Of a stretch of DNA of 64,000 bases, positions 32,244 through 42,266 are shown piece after piece. Made by a program: the position numbers and the translations under genes. Each line of letters starts with the position of its first letter. Position 1 is the first letter of the stretch. The notes below the pieces were generated by a model. That model made no database searches. It worked only from the letters and a program-made list of their open reading frames with translations, and was not told the DNA's origin. This stretch comes from Cyanophora paradoxa CCMP329 (lineage: Eukaryota; Plantae; Glaucophyta), in assembly GCA_004431415.1 (NCBI GenBank), contig QPMI01000064.1, positions 248,001 to 312,000 on the forward strand, written 5' to 3'.

Positions 32244-33431
32244 TCACGCTCGCGGTCGCAGCGTTCGCGTATTGCTAGGGGCTGAGTACGCTGCAGTTTT
32301 ATTCTGGAACGACGAATACCAGCGCCTTGTTACGCCCCCTGGGTTCAGCTTCTCTGTGCCTGCAGTCAACAGTTGCTTCTGCACACGCTCAAGCTTGCGT
32401 GCCCTCTCGATATCGCTCTTGTCTAAATTCTCCTGCATCAGATTAATCTCTTTCTTCCTGCGCTGCTGCGCTCGCTGTGCTGCATTGCCCGCACGACGTT
32501 CCTCTGAATCTGCCGCTACTTTTAATAGTCGCTGGTAGGTCACAGCTTTGTCGTAGCCCGAAAGCGTAAATTTGAGCAGCGGCCCAAAGCCACCTATCTC
32601 CGTAATCGTATAGATTTCTTTAGAATACGTCGGCTTTGATGACTTGTCGAATCGCTGACGCTCTAGCTGCACACGCACTCGATCACCTATCTTGAAGTCC
32701 GCTTGCGCAAAGTAATGCTGCTGCTCGTAAGCCTCTCGCTGATAATCGTTGCGAGCAATCGTCTCCTTTGGATTCTCGGCTGCTGCGTTCGGCGACGTAC
32801 CGATTGACCTATGCTCTGATGAATTATAATTGCGCAAGAAAGCAGGCAGCTTATCGATATATCTGTCCGTGTCGTACGCATCCATGTACTTTGCAATGAT
32901 GCGCTTAAGCGTACCATTAAATCTCTCTATTTTGCCGTTCGCTTGCGGGCGATGCGCCTCCACTGCATTATGCTTGATTCCCATACTCGCCAGCATTGCT
33001 GCTGCGGTTCCCTTAAACTCCTGATCGGTCTGAATGACGTCCGGCTTCGAGGGGAGCTCATCAATCAATTTCTTCAAACTCGCTAGCAGAGTGCTTTCCG
33101 ATTTCGTCTTCATAGGAATGCTATACGCTTTACGCGTCGTCACATCAATACCGTTCATTATAAAAGTAATCCCTCGATTTGTTCTTGCATACGGGGTCAC
33201 ATCAATCAGATCAACTTCGTAGTACTTTTCGGGCTCCTCGTAAATAATGCTGGTGGACGGCTTTTCCTTCACGGGTTTCGCAAAACGCTGTGCCGTCGTT
33301 AATTTCGAAAGCACGTCCTGCACTTTTGATAGCGGTAAATTGAGCCGCTTAGCTATCCGCGCCGCAGACTGAAAGCCAGTTTCCGGATCGTAATAAGCTT
33401 GTTTAATTCGACTCGCCTGCTCGGTACTCAT
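32244..33431 (-). CDS. Polinton-type rve (DDE) integrase
   Basis: YYDPETGF, YEVDLID (D), IQTDQEF (D), NGKIERFNGTLK (E), YNSSEHRSIGTSP, FKIGDRVRV, FDKSSKPTYSKEIYTI. Confidence 0.95.
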   Translation of the reverse strand: MSTEQASRIKQAYYDPETGFQSAARIAKRLNLPLSKVQDVLSKLTTAQRFAKPVKEKPSTSIIYEEPEKYYEVDLIDVTPYARTNRGITFIMNGIDVTTRKAYSIPMKTKSESTLLASLKKLIDELPSKPDVIQTDQEFKGTAAAMLASMGIKHNAVEAHRPQANGKIERFNGTLKRIIAKYMDAYDTDRYIDKLPAFLRNYNSSEHRSIGTSPNAAAENPKETIARNDYQREAYEQQHYFAQADFKIGDRVRVQLERQRFDKSSKPTYSKEIYTITEIGGFGPLLKFTLSGYDKAVTYQRLLKVAADSEERRAGNAAQRAQQRRKKEINLMQENLDKSDIERARKLERVQKQLLTAGTEKLNPGGVTRRWYSSFQNKTAAYSAPSNTRTLRPRA

Positions 33432-36400
33432 GGGGGACGCTACTATAGTACTCGTCCGAAATTATCTTGCGCTTTGTATACTGCGACTTGTTCAGCTGTC
33501 GAGCAAACGGAATTTGGATCATGGAACTAAAGCTGATTCCGCTCTCCCGTTGCCGCCCGTTCGGTTTATAAACACGGGCCAGCTTTGATTCGATTGTGCA
33601 TTTGGGTTGGTACGCGGGATCCTCGAGCATGCACCTGTAAGCTTCCAGAGCGATCCTGCGGTCGAGGGCCCCCTTCCTCGCCTCTGGTTCGTCTGGCAGC
33701 CAGTGCTCCTGGATCCACAATTGCGGAATCCCCTTTGCGCGTACATGCAGATCAAACTGCGCGTCGCTGTCCCGTACAAATAAACAAGTATAAAGCTTCG
33801 GCCCAATAAAGTACGCTTCCACAATCCGCCCTTTAATGTCACAGTCAAGTTTCCCTAGTTCCTGCCTGCAAATGTCCGCATCTGTTGCTGTCGCTATATC
33901 ATATGCTGGCTTCATATAACCCTTTGCCCGCAGCAGATCGGCGTATTTTCGATGGACAATCAAAGAGTCCGTATCAGTATAAAACGGCATTGCATCAATG
34001 TTCCAGTATGCGCCTATTTCAATTAGAAACCTGTCCATGATCTCCCGCGAATATGACAGAATAAATGCGCCAATAAAGCACGGTTTAGAGACAGCTCTAT
34101 CACGCTTGGACTCCTCAATCTCGTACGTGACAAACATCCGCGTGTCTGACTCGATCGAAATGTCTGTGATCTGCGCTGATCGCTGAATTTCTCGAAATCG
34201 CTTGTAAGATGTGACTAGATCCGAGGTGGTGATGACAGGCCGCTGGCAATATTTACCGTAAAGGCCATTCATGGAAATCTTTGACGTCGCGTACTGAGCT
34301 GTCCCCTTGCGAGATCTAGCTTTCTGGCAGTACATACGCTCCATGTAGGTCTTGAATATTTGATCTTTTCCATCAAACAGGTAGACCTCGTGCACCTTTG
34401 TCACCTCGCACCCCAGCTTAATTGCACGATTAATATCGACTGACGTATACCAGCCGCGCTCAATCGGCTTAAGATTAGACCAGCCTAGATTTGATTCATG
34501 CCGCGGCAGCGGAGAGAGCAGCAGATTTTGCGGAATTGTCACGTCCACGCACGCAATAAACATCAGCGAACGCTGACTCGATTGGACAAATTTGCAGAAT
34601 CTGTCCAGTGCATCGGGCGACGTAATATGCTTGTACTTACCAGTCGGAAACCAATTCTCGTACATTGCCGTCGGATACAAGCTTACGACATCCAAGTCGA
34701 CTAAATAATCATCCGGGCCCGATGAGACGAATTTGCGTTTAAACGGGAGACACCGCCCACCGTATATTGCCTGGCGCAGCACCTGATCATCCTTGTAGGT
34801 CGGCAGCGAAATTGGATTGATCAAAGTCTGCCGATGAATCTGGAACGCCATTGCCGACGCTGTGGTTGTTTGCGTCGTGTTCACGTTTAAGCCGTAGAGA
34901 TCGAAAACTGCTGTTGAATATTTAATATAAAGCTCTGTCATTGCCTTGACGTCGTCTTCCACGTATGGCTCCCATTCAGATTTAAAGCGCTCAACGTCCT
35001 CCCACGTTTTAATCTTGCTATGATCAAAATCGCCCTTTACGTTAGTGCAGCCGTAGTCCTTGCAGGCCTGCTTGAGCGATGCCTGGATGTGCAGGCACGG
35101 ATCAAATGTACTAATAGCCCCGCCGGCAGCCGTTCTCCAGGACATATTCTTGATCTTGCCATTTGACCGCAGAACATTTAATGCGGTCTCTGGTCGATTT
35201 AAAACGAGCCACTTGTAGATGAATATATAATCGAAACCAGATCCATTGTAGAACACCAGCGTCGTCTTCTCGCTGCGGCGCTCAAGCCAGCGCATAAATA
35301 AGTCCAGCGTTTGCTCACCGTAAATTAACTCGCACGAGGACACCCCTCCTTTCTCAATCATGCAGTAGCTGACAGCGTACGGGACGTGCGTTTTACCGTC
35401 GGCAGCGAACGTTTCGAAATCCGCGCAGACAACGCTGTCCAATGCTGTTAATTCGGTCTCCGGTTTGCAGGGCTTGATCTGCCGCCCAATTACGTTCTGC
35501 CGGCGCGTCATCTCCTGACACTCCGACGTGTGGTCACCTCTAGGGTCATACGCACGCTTGCAGCGATTGCAGAAGGAGCACTGTGCCACATGCGCCGCCA
35601 AATTAAACATCTTTCCGCAGCAAGGGCACCGCTCCAAACCTAGCGTCGCTTCCTTTTTTACCAGATAGCAATGCCCGTCGATGTTGCAGAGAATTGCACG
35701 CTTCGAATAACCGAACTGGGTTCGAAAAAGCTCCTTGAATTTCGTGGCAGCCCACTCCGTCACGGTTGCATCAGTCGAATAAAATCGGCAGATCGCTTCC
35801 ACTGTGCCTCGATTAAGAGATATCATGCCCTTTCCCAGTCCAAGCCGCTCTCGAATAGATGCGTAGGGTGCCTTTGCCAGCTTTTCGATTACTGTCTTCA
35901 GGCTCAGCCCGCGTGGATTTAATTTCACATACTCAAAGCATTCGAGCACGCAGTCATTCGCTGGGGACATCGGGCAGTAAAGCTTGTCGACTGTTCTGTG
36001 ATAAAAAGGCAGTTTCGGTACGTTGCCTAGGGCGCCAGCCGCGTTATCTGCGATCAGCACTTCAATTGATGTCACTGTCCAAAAATCGTCTTCCTGGTAC
36101 GACATTTGAGCCGCCATCCACTGCGCAATGCGCTCATCCAGGCTCTCGGTCAAGGTCTGCAGTGCATTCTGTCTAATCTGAATCAGCTGCGTTGTGTACA
36201 TGTGATTGTTGTCAAAGCGGAACCGAATTATCACAAAGCGCCCTATCATCTCCGCAACGCCCAGCTGTCCGAGGATGTCAATCGTTAAATTCTTGACCGA
36301 CTCAGGATCAAAGTTGGGCTCAATCGCATATACATGCTTATCAAACAGCAAATTCGGATAGCGGTGATGCCTGTGAGAAAGCACACCATCTAGATCTCGC

Positions 36401-36729
36401 GGCACTGGTATTTCTTCAACGTCTTGAAATATATTCGGGACGTCTTCTAGTATCGCCTCCTCGGCCTGAACGGCGTTTGCGCGAGCTGCTGCAATTGCGC
36501 CAAAATGGCCTGCGAGCTGGCTTTCAAATAATCGGCGAGCTGGGCGAACTGTCCCTCGCAATCGCAGCAGTGTCGCAATATAGTTGCGAATCGTGCGGCC
36601 CCAGGTCCCGCCGCTAGCGTCCGCTAGGCGCATTAGTTTGTTTCGAAATGTCCCGTGAATATATCCACGATCGTAAAGCTCTGTCGCTAAATTTCTAAGT
36701 TCGGTCTTAAGTGCTGCAGTGGTGGTCAT
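33403..36729 (-). CDS. Protein-primed family B DNA polymerase with an N-terminal terminal-protein/vOTU-like extension
   Basis: Exo motifs CADFET, FYNGSGFDY, YVEDDV; Pol motifs YGGRC, DVVSLYPTAM, KISMNGLYGK, YTDTDSL, GPKLY, RAKGI. Confidence 0.95.
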   Translation of the reverse strand: MTTTAALKTELRNLATELYDRGYIHGTFRNKLMRLADASGGTWGRTIRNYIATLLRLRGTVRPARRLFESQLAGHFGAIAAARANAVQAEEAILEDVPNIFQDVEEIPVPRDLDGVLSHRHHRYPNLLFDKHVYAIEPNFDPESVKNLTIDILGQLGVAEMIGRFVIIRFRFDNNHMYTTQLIQIRQNALQTLTESLDERIAQWMAAQMSYQEDDFWTVTSIEVLIADNAAGALGNVPKLPFYHRTVDKLYCPMSPANDCVLECFEYVKLNPRGLSLKTVIEKLAKAPYASIRERLGLGKGMISLNRGTVEAICRFYSTDATVTEWAATKFKELFRTQFGYSKRAILCNIDGHCYLVKKEATLGLERCPCCGKMFNLAAHVAQCSFCNRCKRAYDPRGDHTSECQEMTRRQNVIGRQIKPCKPETELTALDSVVCADFETFAADGKTHVPYAVSYCMIEKGGVSSCELIYGEQTLDLFMRWLERRSEKTTLVFYNGSGFDYIFIYKWLVLNRPETALNVLRSNGKIKNMSWRTAAGGAISTFDPCLHIQASLKQACKDYGCTNVKGDFDHSKIKTWEDVERFKSEWEPYVEDDVKAMTELYIKYSTAVFDLYGLNVNTTQTTTASAMAFQIHRQTLINPISLPTYKDDQVLRQAIYGGRCLPFKRKFVSSGPDDYLVDLDVVSLYPTAMYENWFPTGKYKHITSPDALDRFCKFVQSSQRSLMFIACVDVTIPQNLLLSPLPRHESNLGWSNLKPIERGWYTSVDINRAIKLGCEVTKVHEVYLFDGKDQIFKTYMERMYCQKARSRKGTAQYATSKISMNGLYGKYCQRPVITTSDLVTSYKRFREIQRSAQITDISIESDTRMFVTYEIEESKRDRAVSKPCFIGAFILSYSREIMDRFLIEIGAYWNIDAMPFYTDTDSLIVHRKYADLLRAKGYMKPAYDIATATDADICRQELGKLDCDIKGRIVEAYFIGPKLYTCLFVRDSDAQFDLHVRAKGIPQLWIQEHWLPDEPEARKGALDRRIALEAYRCMLEDPAYQPKCTIESKLARVYKPNGRQRESGISFSSMIQIPFARQLNKSQYTKRKIISDEYYSSVPHEYRAGESN

Positions 36730-36832
36730 TGCAATCGCTTTCAAGAAGAGGGACTGAAATTATTTTCGGATTTCAACGCAACAATCTCTGACTGTCAGTT
36801 AGACTGAGAGGAATCTTTAAGCCATAGCTCAG

Positions 36833-37275
36833 ACGTTCGCGACTTTGGACAAAAGTTCACGGCGACGTTCGCGACTTTGGACAAAAGTTCACGTCCAAAA
36901 TCCTCAAGCATGCAGGCGCACCCCCACGCATCTCGCGCTCAATCTAGCCGCTAATATAGCCTCAATTACACTATAAGAGACGACTAGGCTAGTTGCTAGC
37001 CAATTCGGGCGGCGTTCTGAAGTTCGTGACTTTGGACAAAAGTTCACGTCCAAAATCCCCAAGCATGCAGGCGCATCCCCACGCATGTGTGGCATGATCA
37101 AAGCGCTAGTATAGCCTCAATTACACCACAGGAGACTACTAGACTACTTGCTAGCCGATTCGGGCGCCGTTCTGAAGTTCGTGACTTTGGACAAAAGTTC
37201 ACGTCCAAGGTCGCCTAGTGACTTTGGACAAAAGTTCACGTCCAAGGTCGCCTAGTGACTTTGGACAAAAGTTCA
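36833..37275. repeat. Six copies of GACTTTGGACAAAAGTTCA, set in 32-, 155- and 37-bp periods
   Basis: Copies at 36841, 36873, 37028, 37183, 37220, 37257. Confidence 0.9.
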
Positions 37276-37591
37276 AGAGCAATCTCTAGGCCTTATCGAT
37301 CTGGCTATCCTTATCACTGTCAGGCTTGATGATCTTCGAGATCTCTCCGCGAATGCGGCGTGCAAGTTGAATGTCCTTCGGCATGATAGTGACGCTGCAA
37401 CGGAAAACGATTAGAGGATTGCAGGACCGCAAGCTTTTTGCTTTTTGACGATTCGAGCTGCACGTGTTTTTTTAACGGTTCGTTCCGCACGTGTTCTTTT
37501 TTTTCCTGAAAAACAATTTCTATTACGTACATTGATATTTTATTATTATTACGTACATTGCGTTATTATGATATGAACATGATCACAACAT

Positions 37592-38255
37592 GGGCCTCCC
37601 ATACAAACCCCGGAGCAGCCTGGAGCAGAATTATTAATTGTTTATATATTTATTATATCATCGACGTACAGAAACTCTCCGGGCCCTACAAACCCCGGAG
37701 CAGTCTGGAGCAGAATTATTAATTGTTTATATATTTATTATATCATCTACGTACAGATCACTGAGGACTGTCGGCGGCGACAACTGTGGCTCGTACTATA
37801 ACAGGCGAATTCGAACAGTAGCTAAACCGTTGAACTGAGTCAGTGTGGTTGTTTTTTTCTCTCTCACTTCACATGCCGAAGTTTTCGTTCTTTTTTACTC
37901 AATCTGCAAATTATTATTGATAATTCTGCTCCAGGCTGATCCACGGTTTGTATGGAGGTCGCGAGTCTAGATCTGGAACGATGCGCAAAAATTATTATTG
38001 ATAATTCTGCTCCAGGCTGATCCACGATTTGTATGGAGGTCGCGAGTCTAAATCTGGAACGATGCGCAAAAATTATTATTGATAATTCTGCTCCAGGCTG
38101 ATCCACGATTTGTATGGAGGTCGCGAGTCTAAATCTGGAACGATGCGCAAAAATTGGAACGATGCGCAAAAATTATTATTGATAATTCTGCTCCAGGCTG
38201 ATCCACGGTTTGTATGGAGGTCGCGAGTCTAGATCTGGAACGATGCGCAAAAATT
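37592..38255. repeat. Two ~89-bp repeats facing four 81-bp tandem repeats that share an inverted core
   Basis: Core TACAAAC..GGA.CAG.CTGGAGCAGAATTAT.AAT on + at ~37600 and ~37688, and reverse-complemented in the units around 37921, 38002, 38083 and 38183. Confidence 0.85.
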
Positions 38256-39133
38256 ATACTACTAGCCTAGCGTACTAGCCGCTGAGCCTAGTAGGCTAGC
38301 ACTGAGCCGCCCGCGGCCCATGTTCTACCGGTACGTCCGGAGTCCGGACTCTACGGACCGGTACGGGGTACTAGTACTAGTACGGGCCCACGGCGTATAC
38401 GTCCTACGTAGTACCAAACACCAGTACCAAGTACCAATATGTACCAAGTACCAATACTAGGCTACTACCCGCACTGCACGGTCCGTTCAATTTTCATTGG
38501 TGCATGTGCAGCAGGCCCCAGAACGGTTCGCGAACAGTTAAAAATTGTTCATTATTATTAAAAAATGAAGCATATAGTATGCATTTAGCTATAATAATTG
38601 TGTGAAAAAGCATGTGGTCACGAGAGACACTCGTACCCAGAAGTAGCAGTTAGACTACCCAGCAAGCCGCGGCTTCAGCAAAACTTTGACATCGCACGGG
38701 CGACCAGCTGAGCTTTGCTAGAGTGCGCGTATCGCTGCAGACCTTCTCTCCAGACACAAGGTAAGCGGTTCCGCATGTTCATCTCTCCAGGAAAATTCCA
38801 TTTGGTGCATGTATGACCTTCCCTGTTCTCCAAAAGCTCACTTGTTCCCTGCCATCCAGAGCCCGCGCTGCCCGGAAAAGCTTGCAAGCATCATCAACTT
38901 CCCTTTCACGTGCGCAGAAGCGAGCGCGCGCGCCTCCCCCGCCCGTTCTTCCCATGCGCGGCAGGATCCCCGTTCCTCCCCCCCCCCGGCCTTTTTTTTA
39001 ATTTCAAATAGTATCGCATACCCGCCCTAGCCTTCTTCCTCCCTCGAATTCGCAAATTATAGGGTGCTTAGAGATTAATAAAATTTTGTAGCGATCGACT
39101 TACCAGTGTTCGTACGCGTTGCAGAGCATTTCA

Positions 39134-40845
39134 ATGGCAGCGCCGGCGCCGGCGGCCGCTGGCAATTGTTGTCGTCACTGGGCAGTTGTCATGAAGGCTG
39201 GCGACGTGCGCCCTGCTGAATTCATGTCTATATGCGCGTTCGGCTGGTTCAAGTACGCGGAGTATCAACTTCGCGAGGACGACAAGCTCGTTGCTATGGT
39301 GTGTATGTGCCGACCCACTCGTAGCCTCGAGTCGTAGACTCGTAGGCCACTACTGGTACTATAGCTACCGTGGCTACTAGCCTAGAATACGTATACGTAC
39401 TACCGTAGTACGGAGTCTACGTACGCATACTCGGCGCCCGGCCCAGTCACTCTAGATCTGACTCACTGAGTGCCGCGGCATACTAAGTTCTAACCTATGC
39501 ATCGACCAATTTCAAAATTTTTTCAAACATGAATGCCTAATCTACAGCTAGCATGCGCACGGCGGCCTAGCCAAGCCTAGTGTAAACTTATAATTATATA
39601 TATATATATATATATACATAATTACTCCTAAGCCACGAGGCCACTATATCGATCACCGTGGCACACTCTCAGAATCTTACGTATACGCTGGTTGATCACG
39701 CCGTGTACATCGTCAGGTCACGCTGGCTGAGACATACCCTCGAAGTGACAAGAACCTGACGAAAGTCCGCGCCGACTGGTGGATCAGCAAATTCGAGTTG
39801 GCCCATTTTGTCGAACGCGACAGCGCCGAGCCAATCGGCAACGGGCCCGGGAGTAATCAGTGGACGGCCAAGAAAGAAGAAATTTTTGATCTTCGTCCGG
39901 AGTCCTTGGCCGCCAGGCAGCTTCACAAGTGGCCGCCGTACGTGGTCAAGCCTGGCAAGTTGACAACGCTCCCGTGTCGCTTCATCGATAAAGGTTACAT
40001 CAACAACCCGTTTCCATGGCAGGTCTGCCAGCTACTATAATAAAAGTTCTTCGAAATCGTCTCGGTTGCATTTAACAGCTTAAACGTACTACGGTATGCG
40101 TACGCGTGCAGAAACGCCTTTTGGAGATTCTCATGGAGCAGCCTCACGACCGTCTCATCATCTGGGTCCATGATTTTGATCCCAACACTGGCAAGTCGAT
40201 CACAGGGACTGGAAAAACCGCCATGGTCGAATATCTGATCAAATGCTTCCGCGCCGTACAACTCAATGGAACGGAGCGTGACATGCAAATGATGATTGCA
40301 AAGATGCAGCCGTATCTGCAGCAACTTGACAGACCCGGGATTGTTGTCAAGGACTGTACGATGAGTGGCAAATTAACCGAGGATCAGTACATTATGCTGG
40401 AAACGGTCAAGAATTCTTATGGTTGTTCGACAAAGTATAGAGTTCGTACTTGGGAGATTGCACCCACGCATGCACTGTGAGTTTTAATTTATTCTTTTAT
40501 TGAAATCCAATCAATTTTTTGAGTTTTTAAACACGTTGCAGTGTCGTGGCCAACCGCCCGTTCGACCCAATGGCCGTACCTGGTGTCTCCGTCAACCGCT
40601 GGATGGATTTCCGCATTCTGCCAGACTTGACCTGTACAGAGACAATCATCGACCCGAACAACTCAGACGTTAAAAAAGCTCAAGAGATTTACCATCGGCG
40701 CGAAATGCTTAAGCAAAAGAACGAGGAGTTAAAGTATGAGTACATAGAGCGCAGGCTGAAACGCATGCGCAAGAATCCGCAGCCGGCTCCAAACTTCACA
40801 TTCACGGATGATACTGATACCGATGGTGATGATATCGATGAGTAG
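39134..40845 (+). CDS. Spliced CRESS-virus Rep-like protein (degenerate HUH domain plus SF3 helicase), ~379 aa; exons 39134-39298, 39717-40022, 40112-40476, 40542-40845
   Basis: GT-AG junctions join in frame to give FPWQ|KRLLEIL..PHDRLIIWVHD..GTGKT (Walker A), IVVKD (Walker B), YIMLETVKN..STKY, HAL|VVAN (motif C), SVNRW, matching the nanovirus-like Rep helicase layout. Confidence 0.8.
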
Positions 40846-40881
40846 TCATGTAGCCTTGATCTTTCTTTTAGATGCCAGTTG

Positions 40882-40986
40882 AAATCAGCTAGGTTTCTTG
40901 TGAGCCAAAGGCTACGCAAGCTAGCTTTAGTCAGCTTTCGAAAATCAGCTAGGTTTCTTGTGAGCCAAATGCTACGCAAGCTAGCT
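40882..40986. repeat. Two 45-bp direct repeats (60-bp period) next to the right TIR
   Basis: AAATCAGCTAGGTTTCTTGTGAGCCAAA(G/T)GCTACGCAAGCTAGCT x2. Confidence 0.85.
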
Positions 40987-40998
40987 GGCATTCTCTCC

Positions 40999-42019
40999 TG
41001 AGGCCGCAGCAGACCGCGCGCAAGCAACCGGGGCCCCAAGTACACCCACACACGCCCTCCTAAACTCAGTTCCGATATCTCCCTAAACTAACGCCTAATC
41101 AACACGTCTACTCTAGCTCACTAATTTCGCTCAATGATCACGCTTATAGGGGTGGACCCCTGATGGTAAAACCAGACTTTGGGGGGCGGTCTGGTTTGAG
41201 GGGGGTCCTCCCCTTTACAACAGTCCGCCCTTTACAACAGGGATATTTGTGGGAAGTTCAGATGCAGAAATTGACGATCAGCCTCAGGAGTATGATCAAT
41301 AACGTACTGATCGTAGGCACGCGCTGCGAGCTCTGCAGTTTCAAACTCACCGATCGTCTTTTGTATCTCACTTCTTGAGCAGTTAGCGCGCCATTTGTTT
41401 TTCTTTTCTAAAAACATCACACCTACATACCCACTGGTGTTTCTTGTTCGCATACCCGAACGATTATAAAGGTGGTGCTGCGCTTTCGTCACAGTACGAA
41501 GGTTTTCTCTGCGACAGTCCATTTTATCACCATTCAGCGACAAGTGCACAAATCCTGGACTCGCTTTACCAAGGATCACATCGCGCACTTTGAGCCATTC
41601 TTTTGATCCTTTATCCCGTGGTTTGGATGCTTCGGGATATCCATCCGGAGATGCAGTTATCCTCCATCCAGCAAGCAAGTCTTTATCGAACTCGGAAACT
41701 AGCAACTGATAATGCTTGCTACCCGACTTGATTTGAATCACCGTAGAACCAACAGGAATGTTTGTCTCCATTGCAGCACAATCTCCAATTTATATGTTGC
41801 ATTGAGATGTCTTTATGACAGATATCGATTCAAAAATACACTGGCACACGCCTAGCTAACAATGAATCTGTAATATAGCGAACAACACGCCTAATTGGCA
41901 CGTCTAACTGTTTTCAGGGAAATCGTTAATTGATGACGCTAGAAGGGGTGGAGCCCTGAAGGTAAAACCAGACTTTGGGGGGCGGTCTGGTTTGAGGGGG
42001 GGTCCTCCCCTTAACAACA
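40999..42019 (-). repeat. Right terminal inverted repeat (1021 bp)
   Basis: Reverse complement of 16508-17528. Confidence 0.95.
41232..41771 (-). CDS. HNH endonuclease-AP2 domain protein (right TIR copy)
   Basis: Protein identical to 16756-17295. Confidence 0.85.
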   Translation of the reverse strand: METNIPVGSTVIQIKSGSKHYQLLVSEFDKDLLAGWRITASPDGYPEASKPRDKGSKEWLKVRDVILGKASPGFVHLSLNGDKMDCRRENLRTVTKAQHHLYNRSGMRTRNTSGYVGVMFLEKKNKWRANCSRSEIQKTIGEFETAELAARAYDQYVIDHTPEADRQFLHLNFPQISLL

Positions 42020-42266
42020 GGCGCCGGCGTACTTCGTCTTATAGTTTAGTTCGGTCTAGTTCGGATTCTGATCGTAGTGTTGATGCTAGAGTTAGTTTCA
42101 ATACTAGCTATAGTCCTCGTGCTCGACCTGTTGTTCGCCGTCGTTTGCAGTTCGACTGCCCGCCTCGACCTTTGTCGATTATTGTCGATTTTGGCTCTTT
42201 GTCTTATCTTTCTTCGTGCTCTTGTCTTAGTTATTTTGTTTTTTTGTCTTTATGCCCCCTGGGCAG

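Larger units (their letters stand above)
16508..42019. mobile_element. Endogenous Polinton-like virus (PLV), 25,512 bp, apparently complete
   Basis: 1021-bp TIRs with TGTTG...CAACA ends; 6-bp TSD GGCGCC (16502-16507, 42020-42025); pPolB, rve integrase, ATPase, MCP and pentons; gene-dense, mostly intronless, more AT-rich than the flanks. Confidence 0.95.

Noticed and set aside
36833-37275. CRISPR-like repeat-spacer appearance
   Set aside because: Spacings are irregular (32/155/155/37/37), the intervening sequences are homologous to each other, and there are no cas genes in this eukaryotic-virus context
37544-37552. TATTATTAC, identical to a nanovirid rolling-circle origin nonamer, 1.6 kb upstream of the Rep-like gene
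   Set aside because: No flanking stem, it lies in an AT-rich tract where it is expected by chance, and the HUH motif appears lost
39134-40845. Helitron or Replitron transposase
   Set aside because: The helicase is SF3-type rather than the Pif1/SF1 type of Helitrons, Replitrons lack a helicase, no intact HUH/Y motifs are visible and no element termini were found
16508-42019. Classification as a canonical Maverick/Polinton or virophage
   Set aside because: No adenain-type protease recognised and the MCP looks NCLDV/PLV-like; left as PLV pending phylogeny
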